Positions 12,823 through 25,110 of a stretch of 64,000 nucleotides of DNA are shown here, in pieces. Origin of the DNA: Podarcis bocagei (lineage: Eukaryota); assembly GCA_964188305.1 (NCBI GenBank), contig OZ076888.1. One strand, given 5' to 3'. How positions within the stretch are numbered: the first letter of the stretch is position 1; each line of letters begins with the position of its first letter. The position numbers and the translations under genes were made by a program. Under the pieces are notes generated by a model that did not search any database, was not told the DNA's origin, and saw only the letters and a list, made by a program, of their open reading frames with translations.

Positions 12823-15603
12823 AGATTTTTTTTGAAGCCTACAATCCACTTAATAAAGACAATTAGTGGAATACTTGTGTGTGGCCCAGGATTGATTTTT
12901 TCTTCTGTAGAACAGTGGTGCTTGATGGGGGGGGAGACACCCCCCCTTGATGTAGGGCAGTAACCGTATGCATTTGAGTGGATTTTGCAGAAATCTACAG
13001 GTACCAAATACACATTTTAATTATGATGAATATGGCTGCAACGTTATAATGTCAGTGGACCTCCTTGTTGTCAAGCTTGCGTTGCCCATATTGATATACA
13101 TTCTGTGAAATAAAACAGACCTCAGATTCCCACAGGCGCATTACCCTTGGCTACATTCTGCAGTCCCCACAGTATAAATCACAAATGACAAGTACATGAG
13201 ACCTGTCAGTGACTGCTTGCTGGTGGGTTTGAAGTGGTAGCCTACTGTGTGCAGAGCATATCAAGAGCCAAGTTGCCCTCCTTTGGTCAGCAGGAGTTTC
13301 AGAGTTCACAAAACTTTCCTAATTAAAGGTAAGAATGCAAATTCTTATCACAGCTAGAAATGGAGTCTAGAGACTTCATTCTGTGCTTATTAATAACTTC
13401 TCCCTAGGTTGCCTCATATATTTGCAAATGGTACTCTTGGGAGTAAAATTACTCCAGCTACCTGAACATAGTAAATTTGACAGATAATGGATTGCATAGA
13501 TAATTGCAATTGTAATTAATTTGGGTTTTGAGTGTCGTCATCGTTTTATTTGTATGTCGCTTTTCCGCAAAGAGAATCATGCTCAAAGCGGCTTACCACA
13601 AAGGAATCAGTAAAACATCTCAAAATCAACCATCACTAGAACGATTTCATAATAACTAGAAATGTTTCAGCACTATAAATATAACAAGATTACATTAATA
13701 ACATTACACCTCCTGGTGGTAGCCAGAATAACACCTTGGTTCTATAAGTCCCTCTCAGTCCCTCCCTGAATCTGCTTCTTATAAGGCTTTCAAAGGCAGA
13801 GGGTCAGGTACTGAGAAGCCCCTTTGCCATGATGTTGCTCGTGAATAGACCCTTAGATACAGAGTTTTGAGTAGATTGTTAGATTCTGAATTGTCAGTTT
13901 TCAAAGTGTTTTCCATAATTATAGATCATGTTCCCCAGTTTGTAGTTTTGTTTTGTTTTTGAAATACAGAAATCACAAATGAACACTTAGATTTAGGACA
14001 ACTCAAAACATCACACTTGTTGAAAATAACACTGAAGTTTCCTGCAGCACATAAGTAGTTATTTAAAAATATGTAATATGCGCAGCCGCCCTAACCTCTG
14101 TTTCACTATTGGCTAACTACTGTCTTTTCCGTTCAGTATCGTGGTATCCTTTTCACAATCTGTGCTTTTCTCTTTCTTGTATTCTCCTGATGAGAAATTT
14201 CCTTGATGGATTCCCATCTGTAAGACAGGTCCAAGCAGCTACTGCCTTCTAGTAGTGTGACTATGTGGAACTCTCTTTTCTTCACTCAATTCCATATGAA
14301 GCGCCAATAAGGAGTTCAGGGTTTGAGTTAGTGCAAATTCAATATTCTGGAGAACATCCAATACCTTATGGTTATTTGCAAACAGTTCCCTGCTTTATTT
14401 TTACCATAGACTCAAAAGCAGCACCTTAAACTTTGTACTGGACTAGCCATACAGCAGGGGTCCCCAACGTTTTTGAGCCTGTGTGCACAATTAGAAATCT
14501 AAAACCATTGTAGATACCCCAAGGGACTCGTTTCACAGAGTGGAAATTGGTGATGCTCATAATCTTCCTCCAGACGAAACACGTACACCCATCCCCAAAA
14601 ACATACGGACAAAAAACAGGCAACACCCACCAGAAAAAGGCAGCTGCCTCACAAAAAAAAGACAAAACCATTAATCAGCATAAATTGGAAGGAACAGGAA
14701 GCCTCAAGGGACACAGGGTGAAGGGTTCCAGCCCTTTAGCAAACCTTTATGAAAGTTTGATACTTTAGAATGTGCAAAGAAGGTTTCATTTATAATTTCC
14801 AAATCTGCCCAGTCTCCCCTTCTCTCTTAAGTTTTCGCAGCACTTAAATTGTAAGATTTTTTTTTTTCATTTTCTGTGCAGCAGAGAATTTAAAAAATGA
14901 ATTGTGTATTGCTTTGTAACGATTTGTTGGGTCTCTGGACCGTAATAAAGGTTGATTGATTGATTGATTGATTGAATTTTATAAAAGGACCATACAGATA
15001 AATACAACATGTTTCAGAGCACAGCCTCATCAGATGATTATTTTTTTTTTTTAAAAAGAATATATCTAAATGTTTACTTTAAACAGTGTATTTTTTTATT
15101 GTTGTTGAAAGGGACAATCTTGTTTTAAGCGCTATGTATTAACAGTGCGCCTAACTGCAACTCTGCTTGTCCTCCTCTTCCTGAAATGCTTTGGCGGTTT
15201 GGATAGGAGCAGGTAATGGGATATATTCAGAGAAATTATCTGGGAGATCAGGGAACCTCAACCCAACACCTTTCCTGCTAGAAACTGCATAGGGCAATAT
15301 TATTGAATCCTATTCTTGAGTTATCTTATGTACCAGTGCTGTTGTGGCATCGGCACCCACCATTACTTGAGTGCATACCTCACATTCAGGAAGAGATCAA
15401 GAATTGCCATTCTTAACAATCCTGGAAGCAAGCAGTCAAGAATGAATATTGCTTTTGCCAGCTGACTGGCCGCACAGCTGGTGATGGTTTTTAACCTCTC
15501 TTGAGAACAGAGATTCATATGACATGCTGGGTACCCATTCAGTAAGGTGGCATTTGCACATATTAATCCGTGGATTAGATCTAAAAAGCCTCAAGGTGTA
15601 AAA

Positions 15604-16122
15604 TAGGGTTGCCAGATTTCAAAAAGTGAAAATCTGGACACAAACGTTGTTGAGCTTTTTGCTTTGCCCAAAGTTTTTGAGTGATTTTAAAGGAAATTCA
15701 CCAAAATCTACACTCCCAACATGGGTTGCCATATGTCTGGAGTTTCCTGGACATTTCAGCGATTTCCCCCCAGAAGCTGTTTCCAGCTGCCAAGTCCCAT
15801 CTGGCAAATTACAGACGTATAAAAAGGTAAAGGGATCCCTGACCATTAGGTTCAGTCGTAACCGACTCTGGGGCTGTGGCGCTCATCTTGCTTTATTCGC
15901 CGATGGAGCCAGCGTACAGCTTCCGGGTCATGTCAGTACCTATTTATCTACTTCCACTTTGATGTCTTTTGAACTGCTAGGTTGGCAGGAGCAGGGACCG
16001 AGCAACGGGAGCTCACCCTGTCGCGGGGATTTGAACCGTCGACGTTCCGATCGGCAAGCCCTAGGCTCTGTGGTTTAACCCACAGCGCCACCCACGTCCC
16101 ATACAGACGTATAGCAGCCCTA
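15604..16122. mobile_element. hAT (Blackjack-like) MITE hosting a SINE
   Basis: TAGGGTTGCCA...TAGCAGCCCTA termini; an uninterrupted relative in opposite orientation lies at ~36413-36680. Confidence 0.65.
15822..16101 (-). mobile_element. Sauria SINE (internally deleted)
   Basis: tRNA-like head GGGACGTGGGTGGCGCTGTGGGTTAAACC...GGTTCAAATCCC, ACCTTT tail, 12-bp TSD TACAGACGTATA. Confidence 0.88.
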
Positions 16123-17300
16123 TAAACATATCTTCTTTGAGAGCAGGACTGTTTCTGCTTATAGAACTGTGGGGTTTTTTATCCATTTGAATGGATTGCA
16201 TGCCCCAACCAGAAACTGCCTTTTTCCAGATTCCTTAAGCGTATGTGATTTGCCTCAGTAGCTTCACACGAGAGTCTCCTACAGGGTGCAATGCATTTCT
16301 AGATATCATACCGGGAAATAATCGACCATTCTGCTCACTTGACATGAGTCCATCTGATGTATGTTGATGATCATGGCATCATTTAAAGTTGCTGCAGGAA
16401 TATTTGTCCTCATGCCAATCCAATGACCAATTTAAATGCAAATGATCTTGGGAAAGGGGGTAAAATGAGGGGCAAAAGGGGGAGGAGGCATTTTGTCTAA
16501 CAGGCACTATTAGCTGGAAGCAGTGAAATGAATAAATAAGACCCTGGAGTCAAGGTGGGTCATTAAAAGAGAAACTAGGTTAATATTATATTTAATTATG
16601 TTTCTATGAACTCTCTGGCTCTGCTTGAAATCTCGTATTTTGAAACAGCACAACAAAGCAGCATTGTGATTGCAGCTGTTAAAGCAATTTACCGTCAATC
16701 TGCCTTAGCTGAGTTGCTGGGCAAGAACTATGATACTTTAGATTTTAGTAAATTCCTGTCCCATTATTTAAGGCCCTAATTCCTACCACGGAAGTAAAAT
16801 TTTACTATATGGTCGTTCAGAACACATACAAACTACACAGAGGGGAAAATTTTACTCGCTTCCTACGAGAATCCCACATAAGATTCCAGACGGACCCAAT
16901 TGTGTTGCTGTATGTCAGATTTTAGGAAATATTGCAACATCACTGTGCTGTAAGCTATAACATGTTAAGTATAATGGAAGTGCCACAGCGTATCTTGCCA
17001 CAACCACTCCACATTTTTGAAATGCTACCCAAGCCATTCTGGTATTTGCTTTTTTATTGCAGAATATGGTTTACTTAGGCCTCATTTTTTCCTTTTCATT
17101 AGTCATTTGTGATGGTTCAGAAGACTGAGATACACAAAGTTGTATTGAATCAGTTTTTGACATAGATGTTTTGTATATTCGTATATACTGAAAGTGTCTA
17201 ATTCTTGGATGCATAAGAGGCATAGTCCTAATTTACTTCATTCTGTAATGCCATTCTGTAATTCAGCTTCAGGATTTATTCCCAATACATTTTGTCATAA

Positions 17301-17971
<671 letters not shown>

Positions 17972-18106
17972 TAGATATCTCTAATATTTATTTAAATAAG
18001 AAGAAGGAATTGCTTTTTACAGATGTGTATCAGTGGCTATTTCCCGAAGAACAAATGTGTCATGATTGAAAGAGAGAATAGCCCCCCAAAATGAATATAG
18101 TGGTTA

Positions 18107-18489
18107 CGTAAAGGTAAAAGGAGCTGTGGTCTAAACCACTGAGCCCCTTGGGCTTGCCAATCAGAAGGTCAGCGATTTGAATCCCCATGATGGGGTGAGC
18201 TCCTGTTGCTCTGCCCCAGCTCCTGCCAACCTAGCAGTTTGAAAGCACTCCAGTGCAAGTAGATAAATAAGTACCGGTGTGGTGGGAAGGTAAATGGCAT
18301 TTCCGCGCACTCTGGTTTCCGTCACGGTGTCCCGTTGCACCAGAAGCGGTTTAGTCATGCTGGCCACATGACCCGGAAAGCTGTCTGTGGACAAATGCCG
18401 GCTCCATCAGCCTGAAAGCAAGATGAGCACCGTAACCCCATAGTCGCCTTTGACTGGACTTAACCGTCTGGGGTCCTTTACCTTTTACC
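18107..18489 (+). mobile_element. Sauria SINE
   Basis: Homologous to the 56465-56826 copy; tail CCTTTACCTTTTACC; 9-bp TSD TAGTGGTTA. Confidence 0.85.
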
Positions 18490-18792
18490 TAGTGGTTAAT
18501 CCTGGGCATTTGTACTTGGAAATAAATTCCACTGCATTCAATGAGTTTCATCATCTGAGGAATAGTGTGCACTTATAAGGTGCTTCATTTATACAATAAA
18601 CATGTTATAGTCAGCCACCTATTAAACCTATGTCAGAGAGGGCGGTTATAAAGGCCACACACAACCACTTCTATCAAACCAACTAAATTCACATCATCCT
18701 GCCCAGTATGGAAATTAATGACAATTATGTTTAGGATCTAGATTCTTCCAAGGCATGCCAACTTGTTTTTCTTTACATGATGTGATTCTCAG

Positions 18793-18864
18793 GGCCCAGA
18801 GCATTCTTCAGCCAGGCCAGAGAGATTCCTTCAGATGTGTAATGATGATCCTGATGCCTTTCCA
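18793..18864 (+). CDS. OGDHL: OGDHL exon ([24 protein letters not shown])
   Basis: ctcag|GGC ... CCA|gtaag, 72 bp; GPEHSSAR motif. Confidence 0.95.
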
Positions 18865-18868
18865 GTAA

Positions 18869-18870
<2 letters not shown>

Positions 18871-18900
<30 letters not shown>
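18871..18900. repeat. (TA)n microsatellite
   Basis: About 15 TA units starting 6 nt after an OGDHL donor. Confidence 0.95.
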
Positions 18901-18903
<3 letters not shown>

Positions 18904-19034
18904 CTTCCTACCCAGTCATCTCTCTTCAGGCACCACCTCTAATAATATTAACATTCACATTCACATCAACATCATCATCAGCAACAACAACAACATTTAT
19001 TTATTTATACATACATACATACATACATACATAC

Positions 19035-19230
19035 ATACCCTGCCCATCTGGCTGGGATTCCACAGCCACTTTGGGTGGGTCCCAGCAGAATATTAAAAAC
19101 ATGATAAAACATCAAACATTAAAAACTTCCCTAAACAAGGCTGCCTTCAGATGTCTTCTAAAAGTCAGTTAGTTGTTTATTTCCTTGACATCTGATGGGA
19201 GGGCGTTCCACAGGGTGGGTGCTAGTACTG
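19035..19230 (-). mobile_element. L2-clade LINE 3' fragment abutting the duplicated C10orf53 exon
   Basis: Same 3' end as the other L2 copies, preceded by a (CATA)n tract. Confidence 0.8.
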
Positions 19231-19251
19231 AGAATATTATTATTATTAATC

Positions 19252-19591
19252 TCATTCCCACCCCATTTTCCTTCAGCATGGGACATGTCTGGCAGGCTAC
19301 GTCACACACTTTGTAAGCCCTGCAGACGGAAAGTCCTGTGTTCAACAATGCCGCAGCTCCTGTAGGCCCCGTATCTGAGAGTTACCAGTGCATTCCTTGG
19401 CATTGCTGGACCACGTTGCAGCCCTTGCTGGGAGGGTCCAAAACAAATAGGGGGGAAGGCTGTTTCAGGACAGAAACAGTTGTGGACACTTTCCTTCCTC
19501 TGCTGGAGACTGTGGAGTAGCCTGCTGCTGCTGCCCCTGCTGCCTAAGCTGTGTCTGTTGTGTCATTCACTGCCTACTGTTGTGTCATTCA
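19252..19591 (-). pseudogene. Duplicated C10orf53 exon 1 with flanks inside an OGDHL intron (coding-like part 19403-19310: MPRNALVTLRYGAYRSCGIVEHRTFRLQGLQ)
   Basis: Aligns without gaps to 37852-38191 (offset 18600); 23 mismatches in 340 bp by hand count; no copies of exons 2 or 3 seen downstream in the window. Confidence 0.85.
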
Positions 19592-19792
19592 CCACTACTA
19601 TGGTTAAACCAAGTCATGTGTACATTCAGTGTAGCACAGCTGCAGGATGACTGGGGAGAAGCAAATCTGCCACATTCTCCTTCCAGAGTCTACATATTCA
19701 CAAATTCACACCAAGCCATTATTTGGCTTAGCAAGATGTGCAAACCAGGCTATTGGTTTCCTTTCTAATGCCCATAATCTGCCTTTGTTCAG

Positions 19793-19918
19793 GAATTTGA
19801 TGATGATTTTGCAGTTTCCCAACTCTATGAATGCAACTGGATTGTGGTGAACTGTTCAACTCCAGCCAGTTACTTCCATGTCCTCCGAAGGCAGCTCTTG
19901 TTGCCATTTAGGAAACCT
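19793..19918 (+). CDS. OGDHL: OGDHL exon ([42 protein letters not shown])
   Basis: ttcag|GAA ... CCT|gtaag, 126 bp. Confidence 0.95.
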
Positions 19919-20432
19919 GTAAGTATTGACATTTAGTGCTTTTGTACTAATTAAAACTATTTCAGTCTTTTCTGTAAAAAAATAATGAAGTATGGATGAT
20001 AGAGGACTAGGCCTGTACTGTAGAAAGTGGGTTTAAATTCAATTATAGTTAAAAAATTAAAGATCCCAATCGCTTATTTTAGGAAACTTCTAGAATATTC
20101 AAAATTGTTTCAGAAAGTCATACTGCAATTTGTTTAGATATAGGTATGCCACACAACAAACCCCTGCCCCACTGAGACAAACTATTTCGGCTAATGGTTG
20201 ACTACTTTGTCCATTACTGATTTATGTAACGTACTTTTTAGACATCAGAGGGATTAGGGCAGGCAGAGGTATCCAAGGACAGCAAAGTGCTCAAATCTCC
20301 ATGAATTTTATTAAACTTAAGACCCTTTAGATAGGGGTGCTTCTACCCTAGTTCATCTCCAGGCACTGAACCCATTACTTTGTTGTATGGAAGTCAAATT
20401 CTTTGCTTGTGTGAAGTAATCTGACTGAATAA

Positions 20433-20705
<273 letters not shown>

Positions 20706-21134
20706 TAGCTGCAACTGGATCCGCGATTGCTGGGGGAACTAATTTGTGAGATAGGGTGCTCAAGGTCTTCACTGATACAAAGCAAATCTCGTATTTTTTC
20801 TTAAAATTATAATAGTTATAACACTGATTGTTGTTCCTCTGCCTGTTCAGAATATTATTGAATTTAAGAATTACAGAACCGATACAAATACATGAGAATT
20901 AGGGAAAATTGCCACTGAGAACCAGTTGTGTTTCATGAAGGGAGTCATTTTCTCTGTTTAATACTAGAGAGTGGCAGTAGCCCTAAGTTATGGTGAGAAT
21001 GGAAACTATGGAAGGAGGGAAAGAAGGCTTTCTAATCCAAGGAATATACCAAAAACTACATCTATTTTTGAGAAATCCTCTAGGGTTGATCAGACTAGGC
21101 ACCTTGTAGTAAAACACTTTTGTTGCACATCTAG

Positions 21135-21298
21135 GTACCAGCTTCAGGCGTGTGATCCCTGAAGAAGGACCTGCAGCTGAAGCTCCCGGGGAGGTCAAGC
21201 GGGTGATTTTCTGTACTGGGAAGGTATACTATGATCTTGTTAGAGAGAGAAAGAACCAGGATTTGGAGAAGGAGGTGGCTATAACCAGACTGGAACAG
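21135..21298 (+). CDS. OGDHL: OGDHL exon ([55 protein letters not shown])
   Basis: ctag|GT ... CAG|gtaaa, 164 bp; CTGKVYYDL motif. Confidence 0.95.
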
Positions 21299-23090
21299 GT
21301 AAAGCAAAGAGAGAGAACTTGTTGTGTGAATTATTTTTTAAATGTACATGCCTGTGAAGTACACATAATAACCTTTCTCATACTGAATCTGTTGTTAATC
21401 TGATATGAGATACACAAGTGGTGGAAGTTGCTCCCAGTACCAGTCATCACATGGAAACAGCCTAAGGTCCAAATAGCTTACTGTTGCAGAAGATAAGGCT
21501 CTGTAAAACAGTTCTGAACATAGATACAGACAAATACAGATACAGACAAAGTATCTCTGTTGCTCCATATAACACTGAACAAGCAACACCAACAGACTGA
21601 GGACCGACAGACTAACTAACAGACTGCTGAGTTGACATGCATTAATCACAGATATAGTTGGGGCACTGGGCCGTTACCATCGCAACTGGCTTGGCTGACT
21701 GTGCACCTGAAATTAGCTCATCCATGGGGTGATTTAACTCATGAAGGAAATTAACCCCATCTCATGTCCAGTTACTTCAGCAAAGTCAGACTAACGGTTC
21801 ATCTAGTTCAGTACTGCCTTACACTGACTGATAGCGTCTCTTCAGTATTTAAGCAGGGAGTCTGTCCCAAGCCTACCTGATGATGTGGTAGCTTGAACAA
21901 GGGGCCTTAAACCTAGACATGTAAAGCAAATGTTGTGCCATTGAGCGACAGCCCACCCTGTTGACACTTTTTGGTGTCAAAGTAACAAAAACTTGAAGAG
22001 TTCTGTTTTTTTAAATAAATGAAACACAAGGTGTTTCGATTTGGTGAGTGGAGCATAAGATTATGTAGAATAACTGGACTGTAACTTACCTTGATGGGAA
22101 TTGACTAGGCAAATTATGGATCCCATTCTGTATTTATAAAATGTAAATACTTAGTGATCTGCTGCCTTCACAAGGGTATTCTAATGCTGCTTTTCACAAG
22201 TGATGCTTAAAACTGTTTTTCCATTTCCTTCATCTGAAAATGAAAAAAAAAAATACTATATTGACCAAAATGAACATTTGATTTTAAAAATGGTAGTTTC
22301 CCACTTTCTGCCTTCTCAACATTAACAGGTAGTGCATTGCAAGTGAAAGTGCTTTGGCATCACTTTTGATCTGAGGATTCTCGTGATGAGGATTCTCAAG
22401 ATGACATCCAAACCCTGCATGCCATTGTGACACACTTTCGGTTCCTTTTGATGTGAGCAGGAATGTATCTAAGTCCAAGAATAACAGTAGGATTACTCAA
22501 CAAATGTAGTGCCTGGGCAGAATATATCATTTGCAGAAAGCAACATGCTCTTTTCTTCGCTGTGACTGTATTGTATAATTCTTTTTAACCAAAATTAATT
22601 TTTTTTAAAAAAAACAGCAATGTCATATATACTCATATTGGTAATTTTCATATGTCCATATTAACTAGTTGGATTCTGCCCCATGTATAAAAAGGTAAGC
22701 ACGGTTAAGACTCATTGATTTCAAAATGAAAGTTTAAACATGGTCAGTGCCACTCTTTTGCCAAGACAATGAGACCTGAAAGTGCTTAGCTTTGACTGTA
22801 TTGTGTCTATAAGTATTCATGTGAGTGAAATAAAAAGTACATTTATGATGAAAGTGGCAGTACATGTATTGTCTGTCGAACAAATGACAGTACTCGCACC
22901 ACCTTCAGAAATTTGCAGCAGAAGTGAAATACACACAACTCTCAACTTTCTTGGGAATAGCCTGTAAAGCCAAAATTAAATTTAGTCAAAAAACATTGGG
23001 TTAAATGGAGGGTTGGATTGCCAAAGCCTTTGTCCTTATATGCCCATCCGCTCCCTTGTACATTTCCTTGTATGCCCATCTTCTCTGCTC

Positions 23091-23156
23091 TCCTCCTCCT
23101 CCTCCTCCTCCTCTTCTTCTTCTTCTTCTTCTTCTTCTTCTTCTTCTTCTTCTTCT
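23091..23156. repeat. (CCT)n(CTT)n microsatellite
   Basis: Direct reading. Confidence 0.95.
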
Positions 23157-23452
23157 GTTACATTTTTTTGTGAAGCACGTAAAGCTGAGTGCACAAAATT
23201 GCTAGCTACCTGCATATACTTGCTAACTGTTCTTGCCTTCACCAGTGTAACTGTTGTGTGTGGGTCAGATCGGGATATTAGAACATTCCTTACATACTAA
23301 TTTGGAGAGATTCCTTTTTTGAAATGTGCCACACTCACTGGGAGCGGTAGACGATATTCCTCATGTATTTGAGGAATAAAGATGTGTTGGCTGTATACGC
23401 AGTGGGGACCTGTTACCATGCCAGAAATTTCTATATTTCCATTTCCTTCTAG

Positions 23453-23607
23453 ATCTCCCCTTTCCCTTTCGACTTGCTAAAATCGGAAATTGAGAAGTAT
23501 GCTAAAGCTGATCTTGTCTGGTGTCAAGAAGAACACAAGAACATAGGCTACTACGACTACGTCAAACCTCGTTTCCGCACCATTGTGAACCATACTCGAC
23601 CCATATG
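23453..23607 (+). CDS. OGDHL: OGDHL exon ([52 protein letters not shown])
   Basis: tctag|ATC ... TG|gtagg, 155 bp; WCQEEHKN motif. Confidence 0.95.
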
Positions 23608-24104
23608 GTAGGATGCTTGCAGCGGTTTTCTTTTCATTCAGGGCTGCTGCCCCCTTTTGTTTTTGTTTTTGGTGCATTGCCAAGAACATATGAATTAAGA
23701 AGTTGAAGATGAAGCCTTGATATTTCCGTCTGGGCTGCTGGGCTGTACTCTGGCTGGCAGTGGCTTCAGTGGCAACTTTTCCTAGCCAGGCTTCCTGGGA
23801 CAAAAAATGGAGATGCAGAGCACTGCCTATGTCCCTTTTGTAGGCTGCGTCTCTGCCACTTTCAGATATGCCATACTTTTCCGTCTATAAGATGCCCCCA
23901 TGTATAAAACTATTTTGGGGGACTCAAAGTTAAGAAAATGGGGGAGATGGCACAGAGTTGTTGAGCTTTTTTTGTGGAGGATTGCCCAAAGTTGTGGAGG
24001 ATTGCCCAAAGTTTTTTTGGGGGGGTTACCCAGGGTCGTTGAGCTTTGGGGGGGGGGATTGTCGAAAATCACTCACTCACACGCATCGCAAAATCCACTT
24101 CCCA

Positions 24105-25110
24105 CGAAGAAATAAAGAAAATATTAAGAATATCATATAGTAAAAGGCCAGAGGCATTTCTTTTAGGAATTTTAAATGACAATATTCCAAAAGACAAAAC
24201 TACCATATTTTTTGCACCATAACACTCACTTTTTTCCTCCTAGAAAGTAAGGGGAAATGTCTGTGCGTGTTATGGAGCGAATGCCTGCGGGTGGCGGGGG
24301 GGGGGGGGGGATCTGCTGCAGTCGTGAGCAGAGGATCCATGGTTCCCCTTCGTGGTTGCAAAGCATGGATCCACATGGATCCTCAGGATTTTTGCATTGG
24401 GCTACTCCAAACTCACTGTCAGATCACATGTCTGTGGCCACAGCATGAACCACAGAAATCATATATCCACTATTTCGTTTAGAATATTTTTTTTTCTTGT
24501 TTTCCTCTAAAAACTACGTGCGTGTTATGGTCTGGTGCGTGTTATAGAGAGAAAAATACGGTAAATTTTTCTTATACACGTCTGCAGCAAGAATCCTGGT
24601 GGCTAAGTATTGGAAAAGGAATCAGTTACCCACTAGGGGAGAGTGGTTATGTAAGCTTTCAGAATACTTAGAATTAGCCAAATTGACAAACATAATAAGA
24701 CAAAAACCAAAAAGTGAAGTAAAAAAAGAATGGGATTGCCTAAACGAATACCTCAAAAGTCAAGGTTCGAGGACAGAAATCTGGCTGAGTCTGGAATAAC
24801 CTTGTGAAGTGAAAGAATAAGAAAGAGGGATTTATATCTAGATGCTAGGATAGAGATGATAAGGAAAACAGGAAGACACAATGAGAGATAAAGGAGGTGC
24901 TGTGGGATTGGTGGAAGTCAATGTCTTGTTGTTGTTTTAGTGTTTATAGTATTAGCTTGTAAGAGATGGATTTGGTGGTGTGTTTTTTTAGTTGTTGTTG
25001 CTTTCTTTAGTTTTAGGTTTGTGTGTGTTGTGTATTGTTATTTTTCGATATTTTTCGTGTTGTTATTGCTGTGTGGAAAATATTAATAAAATTTATTTAA
25101 AAAACAAAAA
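24105..25110 (+). mobile_element. 5'-truncated L1-type LINE
   Basis: 16-bp TSD CAAAATCCACTTCCCA (24089-24104, 25111-25126); AATAAA and A-rich tail; ORF2 C-terminal peptide PEAFLLG...AARILVAKYWK. Confidence 0.9.
24203..24561. mobile_element. Tc2-like MITE inserted in the L1
   Basis: TA|CCATATTTTTTGCACCATAACAC...GTGTTATAGAGAGAAAAATACGG|TA; removal restores the L1 frame. Confidence 0.85.
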
